64,000 nucleotides of DNA, taken from the NCBI GenBank assembly GCA_028023455.1, contig JAQFVV010000010.1, forward strand, positions 17,360,001-17,424,000. The letters run 5' to 3'. The number at the start of each line of letters is the position of its first letter. The first letter of the stretch is position 1. The notes beneath the pieces were generated by a model. It was not told the DNA's origin. It did not search any database and saw nothing but the letters and a program-made list of their open reading frames with translations. Shown one piece after another: positions 39,210 through 50,988 of the stretch. The translations under genes were made by a program, and so were the position numbers. The stretch is from Epiperipatus broadwayi. Taxonomy: Eukaryota > Animalia > Onychophora.

Positions 39210-39545
39210 CCAATAAAATATCACACCACTTTATCATGGTTCCAATGAAGTCTTTTTTTTAATCATAACTATGCCATCTAATGAAAGCTTTAGTAACTAA
39301 TAGATGTCAGATAATAGCACTTAATAAATCCCTATCCTGTGCCATCCTATCCAATATCCCCAGACTAGTTTCTAGCTCATGGCTCTCGTCAGTGAGGAGT
39401 TTTGGATCTTGGAATGGTGCAGAATCTAATGCATTTTCCCTTTAGCATTGATCATTTATCAGTCTGAAGTGAAAATCATAAATGTTTCCAATCTAAGGCA
39501 ATTTTCCTGTGCAATCTTGTACATCTGAAATCTTTTTGGTATTAT
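39210..39545 (-). mobile_element. Hammerhead-bearing repeat unit, copy A
   Basis: The reverse complement aligns along its length with copies B, C and D (tttcagat…acatttatg…gcattagat…HHR…gatagggatttattaa…gtgat.tttt). Confidence 0.8.
39349..39407 (-). ncRNA. Type I hammerhead ribozyme, copy A (best preserved)
   Basis: Minus strand: AUCCAA-AAC-UCCUCA-CUGACGA-G-AGC-CAUGA-GCU-A-GAAAC-UA-GUC-UGGGGA-UA-UUGGAU. Core, GAAA, GUC and both stem I segments are intact. Predicted cleavage between 39363 and 39362. Confidence 0.8.
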
Positions 39546-39604
39546 ATTATCCATACTTTTTTAATAACTGGATATTTATTTCAGTTATCAGAATAGGTAT
39601 AAAA

Positions 39605-39697
39605 TCAATAAAACATCACATGACTTCAGCTTACACATTGCTATTACAGCATTGTCATCTTTTTTTCATCACAACTATGCTACTTAATGTAAGTTTC
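39605..39697 (-). repeat. 3' fragment of the same repeat unit, inverted relative to copy B
   Basis: The reverse complement matches 39969-40058 (cttacatt…gtgatgaaa…atgctg.aa.ag.aatgtgtaa.ctg.agtcatgtgatgtttt). Confidence 0.85.
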
Positions 39698-39702
39698 ATA
39701 TA

Positions 39703-40060
39703 GATACTGAACTGGTTTCAGATCTATATGACTATATAGGAAAGTTGGCAGATTAAGGACATTTATGTTTTTCAATTTGGATAATAACTTGATAGTAAAA
39801 TAGAGGAATAAATGATGCATTAGATCTTAAATGTCCAGGTGCACTGTTCCACAATCTAAAGCTTCTCACTGATATAAACCAACAGCTAGAAAGTAGTCTG
39901 GGGGTATTGGATAGAAAGCACTAAATAGGGATTTATTAAACATTATCATCTGGCATTTATTAATTATTAAAGCTTACATTAGATTACATAATTGTAGTGA
40001 AAGAATAAGAATATGATGCTGAAACAGTAATGTGTAAACTGGAGTCATGTGATGTTTTGT
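39703..40060 (+). mobile_element. Hammerhead-bearing repeat unit, copy B (decayed HHR at 39854-39912)
   Basis: atctaa-agc-ttctca-ctgatat-aaac-caaca-gcta-gaaag-ta-gtc-tggggg-ta-ttggat: stem I still pairs; the core is mutated. Confidence 0.8.
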
Positions 40061-40133
40061 TTTACATCAGTTCTGGCCATAAGATAGAGATCTCTATAGT
40101 TATTTTTTTAAAAACTAGATACCATAATATATC

Positions 40134-40457
40134 GATACTGAAATGTTTTTTGATCTACATGACTATACAGGCTACTTGGCTTATATTGAAAACATAAAAA
40201 AAATTTCCTATTTAGGCTGGTAGTTTGATAGTAAAAGAGAATAAATGATGGTTACTAGTGGAGAGATGCAATAGATTCTAAAGGTCTAGGTTCATTGTTC
40301 TAAGATCCAAATATCCTTGCTGATAAAAATCATAAGCTAAAAACTAATCTGGAGATAATAGATAGGACACCTTAGATAGGGATATATTAAGGCACTATCA
40401 TTTGTTTTTATTAGTTACTAAATTTTTATATTAACTAGCATAACTGTGATGAAAGAA
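40134..40457 (+). mobile_element. Hammerhead-bearing repeat unit, copy C (decayed HHR at 40305-40363)
   Basis: In tandem with B (cleavage-site positions 39898 and 40349, 451 nt apart). aaggtctaggttc is a B-box-like motif upstream of the HHR. Confidence 0.75.
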
Positions 40458-43400
40458 AACGTGTATATTCACATTAAACTGTAAATTTATAACCAATTCA
40501 ATTATTAGAAATTATATATGTGTGTGACTATAATTAAACAGTGGGGGGGGGGGTGTTATTTATTATCCTGATGAATTCTTGGGAAAAGATTTTTTTTATT
40601 TTACTTATTAATATTAATTTTTTTACTATTTTTAGTACACCTGTATTAGACCTGCTACAACTTTTCACATTCATGTCAATCTGCTGATGAACTTTATAAT
40701 TTTGTGATCTGACTAAATAACATGCATACTTGAACTTGTGAGGACTTAAATGATAAAGTTGTCAAAATAGACATGTACATGATATTTTCGCAAGATTTAC
40801 AAAGTTATCAGCCGTCTGAATACATATGTGAAAGGCATAGCAGCTATAAAACATGACATTAATTATACCAGACTAAATCTGAAAAAGTACATTTTTAACA
40901 ATACTAAAAATATTAAATTCACACATAAAATAATAAATATGACCCAGCATTATGCAATTTCCAAATATTACTTTAAATACTGCTATTTAAGCCTATTGTG
41001 AAATTACAAAACAATCACTAAATTATAAAACGCTTAATATGAAAACATACAGTGTAATATATAACAGGAATTATCACAATGAAACAGGTTGTCTGTTCTT
41101 CTTTATTTTAAGTGGATAAAATTTTGTTCCAAAATGGAGGTTTAAAGTAATTTTTTTTTTAATGGAGACTTACTTAACACGTGATTGTGCAATATAACAC
41201 CTGCAAGGTATCTTCATCAGAAATATTAATAAGTAAATCTATTTTGCTTATTTTTTTTTTTCTGAAAATTGTCAATCATACATAGTTCTATATATTATTT
41301 TATTTAATTAATACCCACTTACTTATTAATTTTTTATTTATATTCTAGAAAGCCTTTTATTTGTGTGTACAAATAATAGCTACTAGAAATTAGTACTACA
41401 TTACATGCTAAATTATAAAATAGTCTCAAGTAAGTAGATGAAAACTTGCTATTAATTCAATCCTAATTTATCAATCTAAAAAGTGATGGATTGAACTTAG
41501 GAAAGTTTAGTTTAGCCATTATAAGTCTAATTTACCAAAAAGTAATCTTTTTTATAAAAAAAAAACAAAAACAAATAATAATAACTTTATGCAAACATAT
41601 ATTAAAAAAAAAAAATTATTTTTGTATATATACATTTTTAAATGTCATAATTTTAATTATTTGAGTCAAGATATGTTTTTACAAAATGTGACAGTAAACA
41701 AGTTTTATTGTCTACATATCAAAGATTATTATTGCATTTTAATTTATATATATTTAAATTAATATTTATATGTTCAAACACAAAGATTTTAAAATGAAAT
41801 ACAATTGTTTTACAAATAAAAATAATATTTTTATTGATAAAAAAAAGTTTTGTAAATTCCTATTTTTGCCAAATATTGAAAGGAGGATTGGATAATTAAA
41901 ATTAGATTGCAGTTATCAATTAATAGGAAGCCATTTTATTGCTACAAATCTCCAAGATAGTAAAAAACTTCACTCATCACACACAATATATCTTGACAAT
42001 TATTCTTACTAGTGTATTGTTTAATATTAACAACTTCATATGTAGATTGGATTAGTAATAAAAAAAGAAAAATAATAATATAAATGAATTTGTTCTCTAG
42101 CTGAAAATTCTTAAATTCTATTTAATATTAATGTGAGCAAGAAAGAATCCTACATAACTCTAGGCATTTAGACATTAATGTTATAAATAAGTTCAGAATA
42201 GGGCTACAAAATTTTGTGTTTTGATTACATTTGAATTAAATGTCAAGATATTTAGGATAGTGATTTCATATTAATAGTAAAATATATAAAGTATTCAAAT
42301 GCTGAGTAAAAAAAAAGTCCATAATTATGCTGCAAGTTTTAATACTTTCAGTTTTGGTAATCTAAATGTTGAATGCTAGGCTATAATTTATTAAAGTTTT
42401 CATCAGAAAAGTGAAATAGTTATTAGTATTTTACATTATGATCTTAAATTGAAATATTCTTATGTCAGTGAAGAAAAAATAAAATAATTGGATTTGTACT
42501 AATGATTTTATGTGTAAAGTGAAGTAGAATTCAGAGAGATTATTTTAAATGTGCTTCTAGTTCTATTTTATCTGCATTTGAAGAAAATTCAAAGAAATTT
42601 ATCAATAATCTTGTAGATTCAGAAACTAGGATTCCATTAAGTTATTATTTAATTTTAAAAGTAATGAGATAGAGAAATATGAAAGAACTTTTTTCATCTA
42701 CTATTTTTTCTATCATTTGTCAATCTATATATAGGTATAGAATTATGTGTACTTGGCAGAAGTTTTCTAGGAATTTCGTTTAGAATAAATATTAACATAG
42801 TTTGTACATCATTCGGCTTTAATAAAACTCAAGATCAAAAATATTTATTTATTTCTAGCACATTATTTGTCATCACAAACAAACACTTTTTCTTCTTAGT
42901 ACTTTTTTATTATTAAGTGTTCAATTAATTTTTTTTTTTTTTGTTAAATCTTATTTTTAATAATAATCTCCATTACAATTTAAGCTATAATAAATTCTTG
43001 CATTTTTCTTTGAACTGATTTTAATTTGAAACATGTCATTTATTTAATATTACTGAGTTAAAATGAGAATTTGGTGTTGACTGTGACTATACACATGTAT
43101 TCAATTGTGTAACCAATTTTATATATTAAGTCTAATTTTTCAAAAATAATTTTATTCCATTCATTAATTGTCTCTCAATTATCTAGAAGAAATTTGCATA
43201 GTGTAAGATCAAAATGAGTCAACTTTATGAATCAGTAAATAAATTTCATTACTTTTTAAGATAATCATTTTCAAGAATGTAATGTAGTGTTTCCTAATCT
43301 TTTTAGAGTTGTCCTAAATTAAGGCAACTATTTTTGTATACAATCCAAAGATTAAAATTAAACTAACACAAATAGTAGTAATAAAATTTAATATGATATC

Positions 43401-44719
43401 CTCCTCCCCTCGCCCCTTAAAATTCAGTGTGCTAGGTTTTAAAAAAAAAGTTAAAACAGAATATTTGGTGAACAGTTTTCAGTTGATACCTCCTTCTTGT
43501 CTCTATTACTTCTCTTATGTAAAACATATTTTTAATCAATATTTTTATATAAGTATAAAAATGAAATATTTTTTTACACGTTACAATATAATAATTAATT
43601 AAAAGCAGTTGCATAAGACTTTATTTGCCATTACAAATAATTTATTAAAATTTAGTTAGAGAAATATTAATATTATTGAGAATTGTTTTGAGTTCTAATA
43701 TGCACCACATTTTCATATGATAATAATGAATATAAATCTGTTTTATCTTATTTTTATAATAATAAATATCTTTCTATCTTTCTGCTTTTATATGTATATA
43801 TTGTAACTTTATAATTTTAGCATCTGAATGAATGGGCATCACCATTAACTGTAAAAATAATTTTATTGGCTTTTGTTTTTAAATGAATTAAATCAATCTC
43901 TATTAGCATTCTTACTGTGGTTAATAACAGAATTAGAGTAAATTCAGGTGTGTCTTTCAATAATACACTATAATAGATTGGGTTAAATCATCCAAGATAT
44001 CTGCAAATAGAAAATATTATTATCAGTTATAGCATAGCAAAAAAGATATACATTTTAAAGTTTCCCTTTTTAAAAGCGCAACAATTTTTTTAAGCAGAAT
44101 AAAAACATACAAAACTGATATTAGAAAGAAAATACCCAGGATAAAATACTTATAAGCCTAACTGCAAGAAAGGCAACAATTTAAAATAATAATACAATAA
44201 TTTAATGAGATCTAGACAACCTGTACTACATTTAGCCAGAATAGGAAATGTTGACATCATGTTAAATAGATATTTATATGTGTACATGAATGTTATATCT
44301 TCAAAATGTAAACAATTTGAAGAGAAAAATATTTGAATCGAATTTATTATTTCTGTTTAACTAATATCTTATTTTAATAAGTTACTCAATTTAAAATTAT
44401 AAGAACTTTAAAATTTAATAAAATAAATTATTTTATTTAATGTCCTATTGTTATAAATCATTTACATTTAAATAATAATTTTATTTAGGCTAAACAAGGT
44501 TACATTGTCTCAAAACATAAATAGATCATCATGCATTACAATTGCAAAATAAACAATTGTATATTTTATTTGTGAACAATCAATATAATTTGGTATTTAA
44601 TATTAAAAATATAACAATTTAAATCTTCATTTTAATATTTTGTCTAGAAATCTGGCACTTGTAAATTCATCAAACTTTGAAATGTATTTGTTTCTAATAG
44701 TTACCATAACATTGAAACA

Positions 44720-46200
44720 GATTTTCTCTATACAAACTTTAAAAGCGAGGTATTATGGTTGATATTTGTTGATATCACAGATTACATAGTAATAAGCTAT
44801 AAATATAATTATCCATCAAATTTGAGTGGTCTTTACTAAATTTCAATGTACTAAGGATCTTGTCAAATTTAAATTTAGCCATTTTGTTAACTTTCTTTGA
44901 CATGGAAGAATAGAGAAATCTGCTAGGCATTTTGCCTAGACTCAGCAAAATGTTTCTTCTCATTGATCAATATGGAGAAATTAAAACATCAACTGCTACT
45001 ATCATTGAATATTGTTTTAATGGGGTACAAAATTTAATATTTCAAGTCATCAATGGAAATTTTGAAATTACTTATAGAATTCTACTATATGTAAGAACTC
45101 AGACTTTCACATGACCCACCACTCTGAGTGCCATCTCATATTGCTGACCCATCTGATCACACACATGTTGAAAAGATATATAAATCCAGGTTTAAGCCTG
45201 TACAATGTATTAATTTATATGTAAGAACATTTTTTTAATTATTTGTCTCTTCTTTAAAATTAAAATAACTTGCTGAAATGATAGTGGCTATCTCCTTAAG
45301 AATTACCTTGAATATTACAATGATCATACAAACTCAGAGATTATCATATTGTGTAAATATGCATTTGTGAGTACTGCTTAAAACTACAAAGAAGTTGGTT
45401 AATTCAAATTTGCATCAATAGATTTACTTATTATTTTGCTTGGGTCTCATAATCTGTTAAGTGACCTGAATTATAGCTAAACTCATTAAATCACTGAAAC
45501 CTATGGATGATTAAAAAATTTTTGTTACATATGCAAAATCTTATCTATATCTTTGATATCATTCATTGCTATAACCAAGGAACTAAAATTTCTCTTTTAA
45601 GCCATATGGTATCACGTGTACAATCTCAGCCAAAAAACTATGGTTTTAAATCGATTAGCATTTTATATTTAGTAAAACAATCAAGATGTTACAAATTACT
45701 AAAGTCTATATTTATAAATGGATAAATTGCTATGAGTGCACCTGTTGAAATAGTTTGGGAAATCATATTGTTGAATCTTGGTTATAAATCTCAACATATG
45801 AAGGAATTCACTATACCATTTGAATTAAGTGTTATTTATATCGAAAGTTTAAAATGCGCCTGAATAAAATCTCAAGCATTTATTCAAGAGAATGGATTAT
45901 TTAGTTACAGAGATCATATAGTTAATTTTATTATTGATTTGTTTGAATTTGAAAATGTTCTTGATACAATTAAAATAAAGTTCTCATGAAAGTACTGGTA
46001 TAATGAAGGTACAGTTGAAGATTTAGATTATTAGTTCAATTGGATATAAATGTGTCTTTCTTACATTACTGGTATTGTAGATATGTTGTACTAAACTCTA
46101 AATTAATGTACAAGCTGCCGTAGCCCTGTTAATATTAATTTGTTTTAGTGATCCTTGGAAGCAATCTCTTATCTTCTGTAACCCTGGTATCTTAAATCAA
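44720..46200 (-). mobile_element. Highly degraded LINE (APE and early RT) remnant
   Basis: Minus-strand KDHSNLMDNYIYSLLL resembles KGD...C.NYRPISLL, and KLILTG (about 46140) resembles LI..GDFN. Confidence 0.35.
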
Positions 46201-47399
46201 TGAAGGAAAAATCATAAAAGTTACCCTTCCATTTACCCAGAAAATGTTCATGGTGACATAGAAAATCCCATACAGTGTAGTAAAATACTTTTGTAATGGT
46301 AATACTTATAAACATTATTAATTAGTAAATGCAGACTTCTAACAAAATATTTGAAGTTTAGATGTTATAAGCTAGCAGGGATAACAAGTCATGCCACTCA
46401 GTATATAAAAAAAATAACTCATCCATTCTTCCCACCTCCCCCCACACTTTAATTTTATTAAATTAATTTTTATTTCAATAAAAGGGTTTTTATTAGGGTT
46501 AAAAAAAAATTTTTTTTAAAATTTTTTTTTTTTTAAAAATTTTTTTTTTAAAAAATTTTTTTTTATTAAAAAAAAATTTTAAACCAATAATAAAAAAAAA
46601 AATTATGGAAACCCAACCATGCTTCAATATATGATTGTCATATTTTTTAATTTATCTATTTTAATAACAATCATACTCTAATTGGATATTATATTTCCCT
46701 CTATTTATTTTCTGTAACTAATATTTTCTTTTATTTAGTAAAGTTTTTATATCTATATCTTTATTTAAACTTGTATTAATTTTTAAAATTAATATAGCTT
46801 CTTTAATTTTTCTTTTTTTTATTATTAGTGTTGTAAATCATTGTTATACTAAAAATTTATTTCCTGCTTCTTTTGAAGTTATGTATATAGGTGATTTTTT
46901 AATCCCATTTATGTTGTTTTATTTTTTTATTAATTGAAGTTTTAATTTTATCTATGTAAATTCTTTTAATATTATTTCTCTAATATTTTTTGTATGTTTT
47001 AAATATTGTAATATATCATTTCTATGTAGTCATATGTATTTAAATATTTTATAGCTTTGATGAAGTCAGACTGATCAGTTGAAGCTACAAGAAAAGAAAA
47101 AAAAATTGTAAAAACAATATATTTGCATTGAATACAGTGTAAATGAAAGAAATAATAATAAGTATATATTGAAATTTATGCTTAAAAATATTAAATAGAA
47201 ACAATACTCAATTTCATAGAAACATCATACCATTTATATTGTTTATAACTTATAAAAATTTATTTACACTTTAAATGAAAATATAATTTACATTGAAAGA
47301 AAATTAATATTAATATTGTGTAAACTATTATAATAAAATTGAAATAACAAGACAGGTTATTATACATACACACATATATACACACAATTATTGGAAGTG

Positions 47400-47800
47400 C
47401 AGAAATCAAGCTATGCAGTCTATTAGTAGAAGTGTTGGTGTTGTATTCTGCATATTATTTTTTGGAAAAATAGCCACATTATTATCAAGAAAAGCAAAAA
47501 TATGAATTGTAAAATTTCACTCATTTGCCACTCACCTAAAGTAATTGGAGATCATACAAGGATGTATGTTAAATCAGTATGATGCTAGTTTATAATAGCT
47601 GAATCAGCTCTATTATCACATCATGACTGTTGATTATTAGATCATTGCCTGTTTTGATATGATTGTCTATTGTCCTTAATACTATCTATCAAAGATTCTG
47701 TAGCATTTTGTTGATCCATTGCATTAATTCCTTGTTATTACTGTTGTATGCCTGATATATCACTACTTCCAAATATATCAAAATGCTCTTGCATCTTGAT
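47400..47800 (-). mobile_element. Degraded LINE post-RT remnant
   Basis: Minus-strand ILIYLEVVI…NKELMQWINKMLQNL resembles F.YLGS.I…..EI..RI.KA…L. Confidence 0.3.
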
Positions 47801-48329
47801 GCATAGTGACTGTAATTTGATAATCATCTATCATTTGAAATGATCCTTCTCTGAAATATTCATTTACTGATAGAATGATAGTTGATGAGAGAGAGTTCAA
47901 GTGAACATTTATTTTTTTATATGTAACAATTTATAATTCAAAGCATTGTTCTGTTAAATATACAATTCTGCTAAAATAAATTATTTCTATAAAGTCTATT
48001 TGCCCTTATATCTTTTGTATCTTAAGTTTGTGAATGAATGCCAATTTTTGTGATCTTAATTATTGACTCATATATTTGATTACTATGCCACTAAAGTTTT
48101 TTTTCCCCCATGATGATGTTATTTCTTTATCAGTGAAAACAAAAAGGTAAAAAAAAAAAAAATCAAAAGTTCTTAAAGTTCAAATTTATAAATAATTATA
48201 TACTATTTAGTTTTAAGTAAAATGTATTTATTAATGCTAAACTTGTAACTATTCTATTTAAAAATTTTTTTAACACTGTTATTTTATACTACTGCCAAAA
48301 TATCACATGATCACCATTTTCTATGCTTA

Positions 48330-48500
48330 CATTAGATCCTAAGATCTAGGTGCAGTACTCTGAGATCCAAGACTCCTCACTGATAAAAGTCACAAGCTAG
48401 AAACTAGTCTGGGGATATTGGATGAGTATGCACTAGATAGGGATTTTATGCACAAACCTTCTTGCATTTATTGATTACTAAGGATTGCATTGGGTGGCAC
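48330..48500 (+). mobile_element. Hammerhead-bearing repeat, dispersed copy D (HHR at 48365-48423)
   Basis: atccaa-gac-tcctca-ctgataa-aagt-cacaa-gcta-gaaac-ta-gtc-tgggga-ta-ttggat: stems intact, G8>A. Confidence 0.8.
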
Positions 48501-49809
48501 TATGTATGGAGAGTTTGCTACTGTTATTTTATATTCTTCTGAATATAACTATCTCAATTTATAGACATTTTTTTTTGTTTTCTGGTACATCTAGTTTTTT
48601 TTTTTTTAAGGACTTGTATTTATTTTGCACAATATGTTAGTTCCTTGAAAACTATTTTAGCTAAAAAAAAATTTAAAACCCCCAAATAATCATTTAATAT
48701 TAATTAAATTGTACTTTTCTACTAATTTTTTACATATATATATATATGGCATTTAAAATTCAATCTGTTTTTATAAAATTGAAATATCTTATGTCTTGTT
48801 TTTGTTTTGTTTTTTTGTTTGTAACAATTGTTATTTCTTATTTAGATTTCTTATGAACAGATCATTTTTTGTCTTATTTGAAGTTTTTGAAAACTCATTT
48901 AAGTTTTATTTCAAGTTATCTTTCATGTAATAAAATTCTTCTAGATTAAAGTATTTTTTAGACCATATCTTCTTTATATTAGGTTGTTGTTTTTAAATTT
49001 TCTTCTTAAATATTTAAAATTATATTCTTAATATTTTTTTTTTTTTTGTAATCATGAACATTCTGTGAATTTTTTTTTATTATCTAAATTGTTATATTTG
49101 GTTGTTATATGCTCACTTTATAATAAAATTATCAAACTTTTTTTTACTCTTAATCTGGTTGTAAATTACTTTCACTTATTCAGTGGAGTTAAAAAGAAAA
49201 CCTTTTTACATACATTGTGATATCTATTAAGAAAGAAAAAAAAAGTAAGATTTAATTTAATCATTTTGTGGATAGTAGTCATTTTTAAAAATATTCATTC
49301 TTATACCATCTGAAAAAAAATATTCACTTTTTTTTGTTGCTATTGTTTTAATAAAAATAATTTCAAGTTGCTTTTGTATCTGTGATTACATGTATATTAA
49401 TGTGTATGCATAACATTTTCAGATTTTTCCTTGTGAGTAGTAGTTTGTGATTATACACATATAGATAATATAGATAGCTTAGCAACATCTTCTAAGCTAT
49501 CCATATTAGTCAGATAATGGCAGATGAGATCTATCAAAAGATCATTGTTTTAACAATAAAAAATCTAAAAACTTGATCCAAAATTTTCACTAATGAAAAA
49601 CCTTCATGTAAACATAAATGAGTACATATTAAAACAAAAAGTAAATATATGATTTTTTTTATATTTTAATAAATAAATATACCTAAATAGATAATTTAAT
49701 AATTATTATATCAGATTAAATATATAGCTTCTTTCATTAATAACTATTGTTAAAAATTTGAGATATTATTTTCATTTGGGTATCTAACATTCCATTTTTC
49801 CTTTAATTG

Positions 49810-49965
49810 ATTCTTTAAAACACTGACAGTCACTGTCATAAAATAATCCTGGGATAAGTAATCCATAAATTTATAATTCACTCTGCTTTACACACATCAA
49901 ATGTAGGAATGTAAATAGTTCTAAAAAAAGATAAAAATGAAACATTTTCACACATTACAATAAAT

Positions 49966-49996
<31 letters not shown>

Positions 49997-50770
49997 TTTT
50001 TTAGTGTAAAAAAAAAAACCTTGTGTTCTTCATTTATATTATTAAAATGTTTTTATTTGAGAAAGAAATCTATGTTGTTCATTTATATTGTTTTATTTTT
50101 TTTTTTTATAAAACCAAAAAAAAAAAAAAACCATTTCCAAAAGAAAATTTACAATTAATCATTTCTTTTTTTTACTTTCTTTCCTCTTTTTTTTCTTTCA
50201 AAACCAAATAAGAAATTGTAAAGAAAATAATACTAAAAATTTGAAAACAAACCTGTCAATGACAAATAATAAGAGAGTTTTAAATTACACATTAAATTTG
50301 TAATAAATGTAAAAAAAGTTAGTATTTACATTAGTGGTTTCATGAGAAACTTCTTCTCTAAAGAAAAAAAATCTTCAATATATAGATTAGTTATCCCAAT
50401 ATTGTTTCATGATATTGACTTGCAGCATTTAATAAAGACTCATTAATCCTAAAATCAAAGTTACAAATAGATGTATTCAGCTACCTACTTTGTATTTTTT
50501 TGTTTTTTAAAAACACTGCATCTGTTCCACAAAATAATACTGGGATAAATAATTGATAAATTTAAGATTCTATATACTTTATGTACTTAAAATATAGATT
50601 GTAAATAATTAAAAATAGAACAGAAAATAAAAGATAAAAATGAAACCTTTTCTCATGGGTTACAGTAATTTATTTATTTATTTTACTTTTTAGAAACTAA
50701 CTTAAAACTAAACTTTGTGTTCTTCATTGATATTGTTAAAATGTTTTTATTTAAAAAAGAAATGTAATCA
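49810..50770. repeat. Diverged direct repeat (~690-bp period)
   Basis: aaaataat.ctgggataa.taat, aaagataaaaatgaaac and ttgtgttcttcatt.atatt.ttaaaatgtttttattt each occur twice about 690 bp apart. Confidence 0.8.
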
Positions 50771-50946
50771 TAAAATTTGGAATTGATCATTTAAATTATT
50801 TAATTATTATTATTTTAAACAGTAAAAATAAAGTTTCTTTATGTGATGGCAGCACATTTGATATTTTTCAGTTAAACAGTAGTAATTTGCTATCTATATA
50901 TATATTGAAAAATGATAAAGATATGTGTAAGAGATTGTGGTCTGGG

Positions 50947-50988
50947 TCAACTGATGAGTGCTGGTTTAGCATGAAGTGGGTATCTTGG
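50947..50988 (+). ncRNA. Near-canonical minimal type I hammerhead, unrelated family
   Basis: UCAA-CUGAUGA-GUGCU-GGUUU-AGCAU-GAAG-U-GGGU-A-UC-UUGG: 5-bp stem II, 4-bp stem I, AUC site; A15.1>G. Confidence 0.5.

Noticed and set aside
40568-40590. CUGAUGA…GGGAAAA
   Set aside because: No valid stem II, stem III or cleavage triplet.
41900-42700. Possible additional Penelope RT relic
   Set aside because: Only vague motif resemblance with stops in all frames; cannot be supported by eye.
46440-46612. Alternating A/T homopolymer block (similar at 3180-3300, 6050-6115, 7730-7900, 50090-50200)
   Set aside because: The pattern is typical of low-quality base calls near homopolymers, so it is not interpreted biologically without read support.
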